This document shows, in pieces, positions 10,018 through 19,825 of a DNA stretch of 52,187 bases (the stretch's first letter is position 1; each line of letters begins with the position of its first letter). The DNA lies in the IMG/VR virus record IMGVR_UViG_3300009128_000001. One strand, 5' to 3'. The position numbers and the translations under genes were made by a program. Under the pieces are notes generated by a model. That model was not told the DNA's origin and ran no database searches. It saw nothing but the letters and a program-made list of their open reading frames with translations. This DNA is from an uncultured virus (IMG/VR IMGVR_UViG_3300009128_000001) (Duplodnaviria > Heunggongvirae > Uroviricota > Caudoviricetes).

Positions 10018-10353
10018 TTATATCACCCCCTTAAAGGCTTGTTTAAGAGCGTGAACACTCACGCTTTTTGGCACTACTCTGTAATAAGTGGGCCTACTTG
10101 TGATCTTACTTGGGCGAGTACGATTGATCTTCGTAGCCGTCACACACTCCACTTTAAACCCACCAAACTCTAATTTTCTCAGATCCCTAAAGCGAGATCC
10201 TACATTCGGCATGCGTAAAGTAGTCCTGGCCATCCACTCTCCATTACGCATAAGCAAAGACAAAAGTGCGCGCTGAGCATTGTTCCTCAACTTGCGACGA
10301 TTTATCCGGTTTACTAGTCTAGTTACTTCCTTATTATTAAATAAAACATCCAT
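10018..10353 (-). CDS. Small basic winged-helix-like DNA-binding protein
   Basis: LLSLL..GEW....L....VGSRFRDLRK..FGGFKVEC pattern; Arg/Lys rich. Confidence 0.55.
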   Translation of the reverse strand: MDVLFNNKEVTRLVNRINRRKLRNNAQRALLSLLMRNGEWMARTTLRMPNVGSRFRDLRKLEFGGFKVECVTATKINRTRPSKITSRPTYYRVVPKSVSVHALKQAFKGVI

Positions 10354-10437
10354 TTTTTCTTACCATCCTGTTAAAATTATTACGCTTTCAATCGCTATTT
10401 ATTAAATCCTGTCCGCCAGTAGGACTCGACAGTATAG

Positions 10438-10620
10438 TTATAATTCAATCCCGGAAATTAATTCGCGAAACTGCTCTTTGGTAATTTCTACAGAATTTAC
10501 AATTGTCTTCAATAAATCCTCGCTATCTTGGGAGGATAATGAGATGAAAATAGTTCCGGTTTCCTTATTTTCACGTATCTCCACGAAATTCTTACCGCAT
10601 TCGTCAAAATCTAACCTCAT
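10438..10620 (-). CDS. Hypothetical protein (60 aa)
   Basis: ATGA overlap with upstream endonuclease stop; fills the gap in the operon. Confidence 0.65.
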   Translation of the reverse strand: MRLDFDECGKNFVEIRENKETGTIFISLSSQDSEDLLKTIVNSVEITKEQFRELISGIEL

Positions 10621-11426
10621 ATTGCCCTCAATATATCATGTGATTTTTTAGCTATAAAATATTTTCTAGACAAATACACAGAAGCGTCTCGATATAAAAA
10701 ATCTACTATCTGTGGGACACTTTTTTTGCTATAATATTTGATTTTAGAGGTGCTATCAGGTGTTGTTACTATATTTTTTGATTTATAAGAAATGTTTTTA
10801 TCAATAATTTCTTTAAAACTCTTTAAAAACTCATATGTACCACGAAGCTCAAAACACACTCTAGGCCGCGTTTTATCATAAAAAAAAGAACCATCCCCAT
10901 CAACATATCCCCTCATAAAATGATTTACCAATTCATGGCTTACTAACCAATCGGGAAAAGTATATTTATGTGTTTTTGCAGGGAAAATATTAAACCTTTT
11001 TAAATCCTTAAACATTTGAAATGATGAAACTGACACAGATCTTTTGACGGAATCATTCCATTTCGGGTTTTTAGAGCTGTGTTTTGTTACGGATTTATAT
11101 ATTTGACCATTAAAATTTATATCGCTCTTAAACCGCGCGAGATGATCAGCATCTTTTTCCGACAAAGAAATCTGCAATGTTTTAGAACCGCCCTTCTTCC
11201 TCTTATGTACACATCCGTCAGCTGCAATAAACCCGGCCCAATAAATAGATTGCTCATTATCTCTAGAGAAAAAATGGTGATCGCAAGAATATTTACTTTT
11301 CTGCACTTTAGTCTGATTAATATTATTCAGCTCTTCCAACAACAATTCATATTGAATACTAAACTTATCAGCAATGGATTTTAATAAATCCTCTTTAATT
11401 ATTCTTACATCTATTGTCTCGCACAT
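10617..11426 (-). mobile_element. Free-standing LAGLIDADG homing endonuclease gene 1
   Basis: Two motifs, YWAGFIAADGCV and HFMRGYVDGDGSF; C-terminal YLSRK. Confidence 0.88.
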
Positions 11427-11427
11427 A

Positions 11428-12222
11428 TTATTCCCGCATAGTCATTACCTCAACACCAGTCTCAGTAATAAAAACTGTATGTTCATAATGTGCGGATATG
11501 CCCATGCCACATACTGTCCATCCGTCTCTCATTCTAGATGTTTTTGCTCCTCCGATAACAAGCATTGGCTCTATTGCTATCACCAGCCCAGGTTGTATCC
11601 TTATTCCTTCATCTTTTTTTGCTATATTAGGCACAAATGGCTGTGAATGAGGGTTATTAGTTGACAACCCGTGACCGCCATAATCAGTTATTATGCTAAA
11701 TGGCGTGCTCTTTACATAATTACGAATGGTATCCCCTATACAACCAAGCCTATTTCCAATTTTTATAGCTGATATCGCCGCATAAAGAGAGCCTTCACAC
11801 ATATTTAATAGCTCTAGATGTTCTTGTTCTTTTGGGTCTCCATAAATCAAAGTAATAGCAGAATCGCCAATAATACCACCATAAGTAGCGCCAACATCTA
11901 TTTTTAAGACATCTCCCTCTTTCAGCACATAACTATTTGGAATTCCATGGACTATTTGTTTGTTCACAGACGCACAAATAGCCCCGGGAAATCCTTTATA
12001 GCCCAAAAAAGTGGGAATACAATTAGAAGACTCAATAATTTTTACACATTCTGATTCCAAATCTTTTAAGGATAGATTTGGAATTTTATCTTGAACGATA
12101 GACTCAACTTGGCTTAGACATTTTGCAGCTACACTTCCGGCAAACCTATATTTTTCAAGCTGTGCCTGATCCTTCAACCTAATCAATTGATTATCGTCAA
12201 AGGGAGATTTTTTATTATCCAT
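11428..12222 (-). CDS. map: Type I methionine aminopeptidase
   Basis: GYKGFPGAICASVN, VHGIP, IDVG, GDSA, YGGHG, PH..P, IEPM, SAHYEHT; all metal ligands present. Confidence 0.95.
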   Translation of the reverse strand: MDNKKSPFDDNQLIRLKDQAQLEKYRFAGSVAAKCLSQVESIVQDKIPNLSLKDLESECVKIIESSNCIPTFLGYKGFPGAICASVNKQIVHGIPNSYVLKEGDVLKIDVGATYGGIIGDSAITLIYGDPKEQEHLELLNMCEGSLYAAISAIKIGNRLGCIGDTIRNYVKSTPFSIITDYGGHGLSTNNPHSQPFVPNIAKKDEGIRIQPGLVIAIEPMLVIGGAKTSRMRDGWTVCGMGISAHYEHTVFITETGVEVMTMRE

Positions 12223-12508
12223 CAGGCTCTTCTACTCTTTTTACAGTTAATGCTGTAGTTTTTTCAGAAGATGCTTTCGTTTTGGGCGCACTAGCTTTTT
12301 TCGCAGCGGGTTTTCTACCTCTACGCTTTTTATTTAGAAAAGAACCGTCAAGAGAGTTTTCTATAATTTCACGGTCTATTTTGCCGATCATTTCCCTTAA
12401 AGGCTTTTCTTCATTTTTATCTAGTGCGCCAGTCCTAGGGCCGTCCGCCATAAATAGCAAATGATTACGCAAGGTTACCAGGTTCGCTAATTCTTCAATG
12501 GTACGCAT
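12215..12508 (-). CDS. Hypothetical protein with basic KKRRGRKP tail
   Basis: Operon-embedded ORF overlapping the map start. Confidence 0.65.
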   Translation of the reverse strand: MRTIEELANLVTLRNHLLFMADGPRTGALDKNEEKPLREMIGKIDREIIENSLDGSFLNKKRRGRKPAAKKASAPKTKASSEKTTALTVKRVEEPDG

Positions 12509-12517
12509 AGCTTTTAT

Positions 12518-12874
12518 TTAGCCTTCCTTGGTTTCGGCTACAGGCTCCGGTTCTGGTTCTGCCGGTGTTTCAGGGGCAGCTTGTGGAACTGGAACGGCCT
12601 GAGCTTGTGCCTGAGCTTCCTGTGCAGCCTTAGCTTGTGCCAATGCCTCTTCTCTGGTCATAATGCGTCCAGAAGTCTCATCTAAAGAATGCTCGGGTGT
12701 AAGGCCGTATTTGACATACACGCTAAGAAGAATATTTTGATGTTGCAGTTCAGCGGAGCGCTTAGCCTGCGTTACATTCTCCAATTGCATAGCTGCCATA
12801 GCCATATTGCTTCGAGATTCTTTGATTACTAGCATATCTTCGGCTGAAATATTAGTCGGTACTTCCTTTGTCAT
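12518..12874 (-). CDS. Hypothetical helical protein with AQ/PE-rich tail (likely start 12874)
   Basis: AGGAG SD upstream of ATG 12874; low-complexity C-terminus. Confidence 0.65.
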   Translation of the reverse strand: MTKEVPTNISAEDMLVIKESRSNMAMAAMQLENVTQAKRSAELQHQNILLSVYVKYGLTPEHSLDETSGRIMTREEALAQAKAAQEAQAQAQAVPVPQAAPETPAEPEPEPVAETKEG

Positions 12875-13259
12875 TTTCTTTCTCCTGATTTTCGTCAAAA
12901 ATTGTCCAAAACTCTTCGTGTATCTCTACATATAACTGCTTTGATGGGTCAACTTTAGATAAATCGCGTCTTAGACAAAATTTACATTTTTTCCATTCAG
13001 CAATTAAGTCTTTATCTACATATATCTTGAGCCCACCTCCAGTATCATCTATTATCGCTATATCGAATGTTGCTAATAATTGTCTTAACTTTATCTTGTG
13101 CTCGACAGAAAAATTATCATATCCATTATCGGGAAAGCATTCATCTAACATTTCTTCCGGTAATCCAACGCTCTCAAGCACATATAATGTAAATTCGTAT
13201 TTCTCCTCCGCCTCTACATTTCGACAATCTTCCCTATTTGCTAATATAACGCGTTTCAT
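12852..13259 (-). CDS. Hypothetical protein (135 aa)
   Basis: Operon-embedded ORF, no recognised motif. Confidence 0.65.
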   Translation of the reverse strand: MKRVILANREDCRNVEAEEKYEFTLYVLESVGLPEEMLDECFPDNGYDNFSVEHKIKLRQLLATFDIAIIDDTGGGLKIYVDKDLIAEWKKCKFCLRRDLSKVDPSKQLYVEIHEEFWTIFDENQEKENDKGSTD

Positions 13260-13277
13260 GTTGTTAATATCATTTAA

Positions 13278-16200
13278 TTATCCGCAACCAGAATAACTAC
13301 AAGAGGAACACTTCTTACAACCCTCGGAATAAATCATTGAACTTCCGCATTGTGGGCAGCTCTCTCCCTTTGATTGTTCCTTTTTCTTAATATACCGGCG
13401 CAACAATCTAGACAAAACATTATTAATATCAACAACACTTCCATCTTTAGATAATTGATCTACAAGGTAATTAACCGGAATACCATGCCTCAAGGACATG
13501 GACATCATACGAGTAGTCCAAGCCCCGTCTTCTTCTTCAGCGGTTTTTACTATATCATCAATTACAGGGGCATTATTATTTTCCATCAAACTATAAATGC
13601 CCTTTTTAACCTTAACAATTTTACCTTCTTTAATTCGCGGCGGAATATTAAGCTTTTCCGCCTCCCCCATAAATATCTCGTACGGATCATTGTGCAGAAG
13701 CCCAACCAAAATTGCCCATTTAGTGCCCTTTACAGTAGCATAATGAATTTCACATGATAATTCTCTGGGTCGTTTGGGGGCGCTAGCAGAAACAATTTTT
13801 ATCGGCCTGCCATTCTCATCTAGGCCTGATGCTAAAACAGCTGCCCCCTTTGTGCCTTCAACATATACGGTTATACCTTTTAGGTTATTTTTCCACGCAT
13901 ACCAATAAATATCTGCAATTACTTGTGGCTCTGTATTTCTGGGCAAATTAATCGTGCTGGAAATTGAATGATCTATGTATTTTTGTTCAGCACCCTGTAA
14001 TTCCACTCTTTTTTCCCAACCTATTTGATCAGACGTTACAAAATAATCCGGTAAATCACCCTTTTTGGCATTAAATTTCTCTAAATAACATAACACATTA
14101 GAATGCTGAATCTTATACCGCTGCCATGAATTATTATCTTCGTCTACAAAATCTACTCTGACATTTTCATCATCTGGATTGATCTTCCTATTTCTAATAT
14201 ATTCATTTTGAAATACTGGTTCTATTCCAGATGAGATATTATAAGCGTCAAAATTACCAAGTTTACTAACGATTGATACAGATCCGGTTGGGGCTTGCGT
14301 TAAAATAGATATATTTCTTCTACCATACTTTTCAAGCTCATCGCGGATCTTTTTGGGCAATCTTTTAATGAATTTATTATTTTTTTCTTTCTCCCAATCA
14401 AAAATAGGAAAAGGACCACGGATTTTTGCCAACTCTATAGATGCTTGATATGCTTCATCCCTTAATTTACGATAAATTTTCTCTATCATAGTTAAAGCAT
14501 CATCTGAATCATATTTTATACATAATTGAGCAAGCGTATCAGCTAAACCATGCGTGCCCAGACCAGTACGTCTTCCAAGTTTACCAGATGTTTGTAATCT
14601 ATCCCAAATATCAGTCTCAAAACCCTTATCGCAAATAGTTTTTATTCTATCAATCAATTCTATCTCTAAATCAACCAAATTATCAATCATTTGCATTGCC
14701 GTCTTAATATCTTTGGTAAACGCATTAAAATCAAAATTTGCACTTGATTCAAACGGATTTCGCACATAAGCCGTCAAATTAATCGACATTAATCGGCACG
14801 AATCATAACTGCTTAAGGGAACTTCGCCACAGGGATTTGTTGTAACCGTCTGAAATTGTTCATAATTCTGAGCGGGCAAATTATCACAAATATTATCCCA
14901 AAACATAATCCCAGGATCCCCATCTTTAGCCGCATGCATTGTAATCTTGTCAAAAACTTCTTTAGCATTCAGGTGGCCAGTTATTCGTGGTTCTCCCTGT
15001 AATGGCCATCGCACTTCATATTCAGCATCACGTTCTACGGCTTTAAGAAAATCATTGCTCAATTTAACTGATACATTGGCGTTGGTTACCCTGGTTTTGT
15101 CAGACTTCATTTTAATAAACTGCAAAACATCCGGATGATGAACGTCCATTGTCAACATGCAGGCCCCTCTCCGACCGCTGTTATGGATATAGAACCCCTC
15201 ACACCAAAAAAGATGCTCTTCTTCCAATGATAAATCATAGGTATTATAAAATCCGCCCTCTTCTATATTTTTTACCGTGGATTTAATTAGTAGTTCATCG
15301 GTAATATTATCACTAGCCTCTTTTTTAAGTTTATTATAAGCGTTTGCAGAAATATATTGAGAATTATCTGGAATATAAGGATATTTATTGTGCGAGACAT
15401 CTAAAGAACGCGCCTTATATGGGGTTAAATTTCTATCACTTCTCGCTATAGAAGGGTTAAAATAAACTTTTTCCGAGGACATAAGCTCAACAAACCTAAT
15501 TTGTGCATGGCGCCCAGTAACCGCTACAGAATATAGCGATTTCCAGCCCCGCAAAGACCGATCCTCTTTATGCAATTTGCTTATAATGCCGTTTGCGATT
15601 AATACTGTTTGAATATTCCTGGCAAAACTATTGCTAGTGGTTGAAAAAATATACCCCTTTTTAGTTCTACCATTATAACCATCAGCATCAAAAAATCCGG
15701 AGAGAAATGCCATCTGAACATGAGACGGGCCCAGCAATATGGCCTGAGGGAATTTTATTTTAGAAGAATATTGTTTAAGAATATCATTGTGCTTTAACCA
15801 TCCGGCAATAATCTTACTATGTACTTGTACTTTATTTACAGCACCATCACCAGGTTTTATCTTAGCGTCATATCCAAATATATTTTTTATCAATTCTACA
15901 AGACGATCTTGAATTTTTGGCCAGGCGTGTCCGCACGCCAAACTAATAACAGCCGGCTCATCAAATTTATCAAACTCAATACTACCATCACCATACATAT
16001 ATCCTAATAAATATGCCAAATTGTGATCCAAATGATGCGGCAGACAAACATTTTCATTCAAACGATTCGAATTATTACATGACCGTTTAATATATTTTGG
16101 CGTATCTAATTCGTAAAGATCTCTTATTGCAGGTCTTCCAGGAATCAAAATAATAGGATCTCCAACAGAAAACTCTGACAATTTTTTCTCACACAGTTTT

Positions 16201-16952
16201 CCATCTGCCTCAGTTAAAAACACATGATCTTCCGATGCGTTAATTTCCAGCCCGTATTTTGATGTTATCCTGTATGTTTGTTTTTCTCCGCCAAATAAAA
16301 CATCAGAAACTGTAATCCACCCCTTTTTTGTCCATACCTTATCAGAACCGGCAACAACATCCTGTATTTCTTTTAAACCAGAATTTGTCAAAACCCTTTC
16401 GCCCTCAGCTATACATTGACAAATCATTCCGGTAATATTGGAATAAAGGTTAGCAAAAGACCAAGCGCCACTAGATGTTTTTGCGGCATTTGTTACAGAT
16501 GCTTTTTCCGGCCTTAATGATGACAGATCTGTGCCGACACCACATCGCCTCTTAAATAATTGAGCTAATGCCTTGCCAGTATCAAAAATTCCACCTATAC
16601 TATCTACCGGAGGCTCTACAACAACACAATTAGAGGCCGACATATATTGATTTTTATTACCAACCGCAGACATCACGCCGCCACTAGGAACAATTCTGGC
16701 AAATTTATCCAAAGCATCACGGTAAGTTGTAAACCGGTCATCGAAATCTAATTTATACTTCTCAGAATCTATTCTGGCAAATTCTTTAGCCAAACGATCA
16801 TGCATATCACCGGGAACCCCCTCTAATATGTTATCATCCTCGTCTCTTAGCGCATATTTATCAACAAATACCTCTGCTGAAATTCTATTATAACAAAAAT
16901 AAGCGTGAGATGCAGCTAAGGCCTCAGAATATGTATACTTTTTTGTTTCCAT
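13278..16952 (-). CDS. nrdJ: Class II (adenosylcobalamin-dependent) ribonucleotide reductase with intein; about 812 aa after splicing
   Basis: SNCVV, GVGTDLSSLRP, Q/SGRRGA, TTNPCGE, DSCRL, APTGS, SSGIEP, GITVY, C-terminal CPQCG...EGCKKCSSC; no small subunit gene adjacent. Confidence 0.93.
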   Translation of the reverse strand: METKKYTYSEALAASHAYFCYNRISAEVFVDKYALRDEDDNILEGVPGDMHDRLAKEFARIDSEKYKLDFDDRFTTYRDALDKFARIVPSGGVMSAVGNKNQYMSASNCVVVEPPVDSIGGIFDTGKALAQLFKRRCGVGTDLSSLRPEKASVTNAAKTSSGAWSFANLYSNITGMICQCIAEGERVLTNSGLKEIQDVVAGSDKVWTKKGWITVSDVLFGGEKQTYRITSKYGLEINASEDHVFLTEADGKLCEKKLSEFSVGDPIILIPGRPAIRDLYELDTPKYIKRSCNNSNRLNENVCLPHHLDHNLAYLLGYMYGDGSIEFDKFDEPAVISLACGHAWPKIQDRLVELIKNIFGYDAKIKPGDGAVNKVQVHSKIIAGWLKHNDILKQYSSKIKFPQAILLGPSHVQMAFLSGFFDADGYNGRTKKGYIFSTTSNSFARNIQTVLIANGIISKLHKEDRSLRGWKSLYSVAVTGRHAQIRFVELMSSEKVYFNPSIARSDRNLTPYKARSLDVSHNKYPYIPDNSQYISANAYNKLKKEASDNITDELLIKSTVKNIEEGGFYNTYDLSLEEEHLFWCEGFYIHNSGRRGACMLTMDVHHPDVLQFIKMKSDKTRVTNANVSVKLSNDFLKAVERDAEYEVRWPLQGEPRITGHLNAKEVFDKITMHAAKDGDPGIMFWDNICDNLPAQNYEQFQTVTTNPCGEVPLSSYDSCRLMSINLTAYVRNPFESSANFDFNAFTKDIKTAMQMIDNLVDLEIELIDRIKTICDKGFETDIWDRLQTSGKLGRRTGLGTHGLADTLAQLCIKYDSDDALTMIEKIYRKLRDEAYQASIELAKIRGPFPIFDWEKEKNNKFIKRLPKKIRDELEKYGRRNISILTQAPTGSVSIVSKLGNFDAYNISSGIEPVFQNEYIRNRKINPDDENVRVDFVDEDNNSWQRYKIQHSNVLCYLEKFNAKKGDLPDYFVTSDQIGWEKRVELQGAEQKYIDHSISSTINLPRNTEPQVIADIYWYAWKNNLKGITVYVEGTKGAAVLASGLDENGRPIKIVSASAPKRPRELSCEIHYATVKGTKWAILVGLLHNDPYEIFMGEAEKLNIPPRIKEGKIVKVKKGIYSLMENNNAPVIDDIVKTAEEEDGAWTTRMMSMSLRHGIPVNYLVDQLSKDGSVVDINNVLSRLLRRYIKKKEQSKGESCPQCGSSMIYSEGCKKCSSCSYSGCG
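15180..16415 (-). mobile_element. 412-aa intein with LAGLIDADG endonuclease in nrdJ
   Basis: Starts CIAEGERVLTNSG (Cys180), block B ASEDHVFLT, LLGYMYGDGS and FLSGFFDADG, ends TYDLSLEEEHLFWCEGFYIHN with Ser at +1; removal restores ICQ-SGRRGA. Confidence 0.93.
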
Positions 16953-16981
16953 AATTAATAAAATCCGTTACAAATACTAAA

Positions 16982-17623
16982 TCATCCCAATTTAATCATA
17001 TATTCTCTAATTTTAGATTTTGCCTCTTTTAGAAGCTTAACATATCGCGATCTTGAAATATTCAACATATCGATGACGTGTTTTGCCGGCTGAATCCTAA
17101 TACCATTGCAACCGAATGTCATATTGATCACCATTTGATGCTGAGGTGGTAGCGACTCGATAGCTTTCTTTATATAATGTGAATTTTGCCTCGATTCTAC
17201 TTTTTCTGCCGGATTCTGGGTGCTATCAACAATAACAGGAATGCAATTAGTTTTATAAGGCATAAATTTTTTAGCCTTCTCTATTGGATACCGAATTGTA
17301 GAATGTGCGTTTGCTGCCCTGTATATTCGTGTGCTAATATATTTATCTGCCCACCAAGCAAACGATCCTTTCTTGGGATCAAACGTATTAAAAGCCAATA
17401 AAAGCGCCTCTAACCCATCTTGTCTTAAATCAATATAATTTGAAAACTTTTTATACTTTCTAACCTTTTGATCCACCAAGCGCCCCAATTTTTTAACACA
17501 ATGCTCCTCATAATTTTTAAAAGCGGCAATGATGGGAGGAGATTGGTATTTTTTAGCTACGTCTCTAAAGCAAATATAATTTTCGGCAAGTGTATCTATT
17601 TCTTGGGTGGTCAAACTTCTCAT
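16982..17623 (-). CDS. Sigma-70 family RNA polymerase sigma factor (regions 2 and 4)
   Basis: DLRQDGLEALLLAFNTFDPKKGSFAWWA (region 2); AIESLPPQHQMVINMTFG...LNISRSR...AKSKIR (region 4). Confidence 0.85.
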   Translation of the reverse strand: MRSLTTQEIDTLAENYICFRDVAKKYQSPPIIAAFKNYEEHCVKKLGRLVDQKVRKYKKFSNYIDLRQDGLEALLLAFNTFDPKKGSFAWWADKYISTRIYRAANAHSTIRYPIEKAKKFMPYKTNCIPVIVDSTQNPAEKVESRQNSHYIKKAIESLPPQHQMVINMTFGCNGIRIQPAKHVIDMLNISRSRYVKLLKEAKSKIREYMIKLG

Positions 17624-17649
17624 GGATATCCTTCGTGTTAATTATTACA

Positions 17650-17796
17650 CTATTTATGATAACCATTATGTGGTTTTTGTTCCTCCAGCTCCTCGATAAT
17701 AGATTCAATAGTATATTTCATTATTTCGATATTATCAATCTTTAATAATACCTCCAAAATAGATATTAAATAATTTATGTCCTTTACGGTTGTCAT
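17650..17796 (-). CDS. Small hypothetical protein (48 aa), not in ORF track
   Basis: MTTVKDINYLISILEVLLKIDNIEIMKYTIESIIEELEEQKPHNGYHK; fills the gap between the FmdB and sigma genes. Confidence 0.55.
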   Translation of the reverse strand: MTTVKDINYLISILEVLLKIDNIEIMKYTIESIIEELEEQKPHNGYHK

Positions 17797-17800
17797 CAAA

Positions 17801-18112
17801 TTATTTTTCTCGTTTCACCTGGTCCCTAAATAATTCATTACTATGATATTTCTTTTCTCCGACTAGGTTAGCTAATAACTTCTCATCTTTGCCAGCATTT
17901 CTTCTCATTTTTGTGGCATCTTCTTTGATTTTAGCTTTCAGTTCATGACCAGTAAGCTCAACTATTCCTTTTCCAGAACCGCCAGAAATTAATCTTTTCA
18001 CTTTACCAGTTGTTTTGCATTTAGGACACGTATCGGGCGGATCCTTCTTAATGCTATAAAAATCCTCCCACTCATGCTTACAATGTGTACAAAGATGTTC
18101 GTATGTGGGCAT
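17801..18112 (-). CDS. FmdB-family zinc-ribbon protein (start MPTY at 18112)
   Basis: MPTYEHLCTHCKHEWE...CPKCK..KVKRLIS signature. Confidence 0.85.
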   Translation of the reverse strand: MPTYEHLCTHCKHEWEDFYSIKKDPPDTCPKCKTTGKVKRLISGGSGKGIVELTGHELKAKIKEDATKMRRNAGKDEKLLANLVGEKKYHSNELFRDQVKREK

Positions 18113-18128
18113 AATATTTTTTTTCCTT

Positions 18129-18317
18129 TTATTCTTCAAATTCAGCTAATTTTTTATCGATTATTTTTAAATCAATCTCTTGGGTCCAATCGTCCTTTAT
18201 TTTCTTTTTAAATTTTTCATCAGTTATTTCAAAAACTAAAAACAACTTACCATCTGATTGGATATATTCCACACGGACAGCTTCGGCCACCACATGATAT
18301 CTATCTTTTTCATTCAT
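18129..18317 (-). CDS. Hypothetical protein (likely start 18317)
   Basis: GGAG SD upstream of ATG 18317; overlaps the helicase end. Confidence 0.6.
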   Translation of the reverse strand: MNEKDRYHVVAEAVRVEYIQSDGKLFLVFEITDEKFKKKIKDDWTQEIDLKIIDKKLAEFEE

Positions 18318-19824
18318 TCTTTTCTCCGTAAAACCCAATCTGATCTAAGAAACTGGACAAATCTTCTGGCGAACTAAATCCTGATATATTTTCCTCTTCC
18401 TCTTCCGGCTCATATGGCTTTAAGTCCACTAATGTTGCGCTCTTAAACTTCTTAGATAAAATATGATTGCCTAATTCACCATCGCGACATTTTATAATAT
18501 GATATATCAAATCAGGATAAGTTTTTTCGTCCTTTCTTGATTCAATCTGCAACACCAAGTCTGCGTGATGAACAATAATCCAAGATCGTCCAATCCTATG
18601 CATGCCTACAAGCTCATATGACTCGGCATTTTTCTTATCTGGAGGCCGTCTTAACTGTTCCGCTGTTAATACGATAGTATTATAAGCTCTAGCAAATTCG
18701 TGCAGCTTACCCGCAATATTACCAAGTTTCAACCAATCATCAGCTGTTGGCTCTGTAGATTCCATTAATCCTAAATAATCAACAACTACCACATCAGGAC
18801 GCCTACCATTCATTACAGCGTTCTGATAACACTCCTCAATATGGCCGATAGTAACGCCACGAGGAATATCAACTATTTCAAAATCAAACGGATATCTATC
18901 AATAAATTTTGCAGCATCACCCAAGCGCGTTACTTGGTCTGTGTTTAACTTACAGTCTCGCAATCCATAGATCGGCAAATCAGCTAACCTACACATTGTT
19001 CTTCTAGCACAGGCGTCGTATGGCATCTCTAGTGAAAAATACAGAATGTTATAGCCCTTTTCAAATGATTCAGTCGGAGTATCAAGTTTATTCCCCTGCA
19101 TCCACATTTGAATTGCCATATTATTTAAAAACATTGACTTGCCAGCACTAGTTTCCCCGCATATAATCATCATCTGCGACGGCCGTATACCATTGGTAAC
19201 GTAATCTAGATAAGAATACTTTGTCAAAATTCCACGGCCCAGATCAGGATTTTTAACCTTACTCGCAAAGTCTTCCCTAAACTCTGGCATATACGCTTTA
19301 AGAGTTTTTTGTGTATATGACTGTCCATTTCCACCAGCGCTAACATTCTCAGCTGCATTTATTTCAGATTTGATGCGATGTAAAGTGTTGGTGAAATTGC
19401 CGCCCTCAAAATCAAAATCAGCAAGGCCTCTCTTGATGCTATATATTCGATTTCTTGTATGTCTTTCTTTTAATTTATCTAAATCGTATTGGAATTCTAC
19501 TGGATTATATTCTGTATGCTCAAGCTCATCCCAAATTGTTTCTACAACATTTGCCAATCCATCATCTTGACCAGCTTTATCCAACATTATTCTCTTTGTC
19601 GGAAAAGATTTATATGCTTTGATGTAATCTATAACAATAGCTGCAAATTCTTTGGCGGCCCCCATAAATACTGTAGAGTCATAATTACCAGCAAAATCTC
19701 TGGCAATTGTACTATCGCACAAAATCGCCTTAAGTATACGAAGATCTTGATCCTCTACGCGTACTTCTGGGTTTTCGCACAAGCCTTCATTAAAATCATC
19801 AGAGGGATAATCATCATCCATCAT
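18310..19824 (-). CDS. dnaB: DnaB-like replicative helicase (likely start 19824)
   Basis: CGETSAGKS Walker A, YFSLEM, VVVDYLGLM, VLTAEQL, HADLVL, KCRDG. Confidence 0.88.
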   Translation of the reverse strand: MMDDDYPSDDFNEGLCENPEVRVEDQDLRILKAILCDSTIARDFAGNYDSTVFMGAAKEFAAIVIDYIKAYKSFPTKRIMLDKAGQDDGLANVVETIWDELEHTEYNPVEFQYDLDKLKERHTRNRIYSIKRGLADFDFEGGNFTNTLHRIKSEINAAENVSAGGNGQSYTQKTLKAYMPEFREDFASKVKNPDLGRGILTKYSYLDYVTNGIRPSQMMIICGETSAGKSMFLNNMAIQMWMQGNKLDTPTESFEKGYNILYFSLEMPYDACARRTMCRLADLPIYGLRDCKLNTDQVTRLGDAAKFIDRYPFDFEIVDIPRGVTIGHIEECYQNAVMNGRRPDVVVVDYLGLMESTEPTADDWLKLGNIAGKLHEFARAYNTIVLTAEQLRRPPDKKNAESYELVGMHRIGRSWIIVHHADLVLQIESRKDEKTYPDLIYHIIKCRDGELGNHILSKKFKSATLVDLKPYEPEEEEENISGFSSPEDLSSFLDQIGFYGEKNE

Positions 19825-19825
19825 A

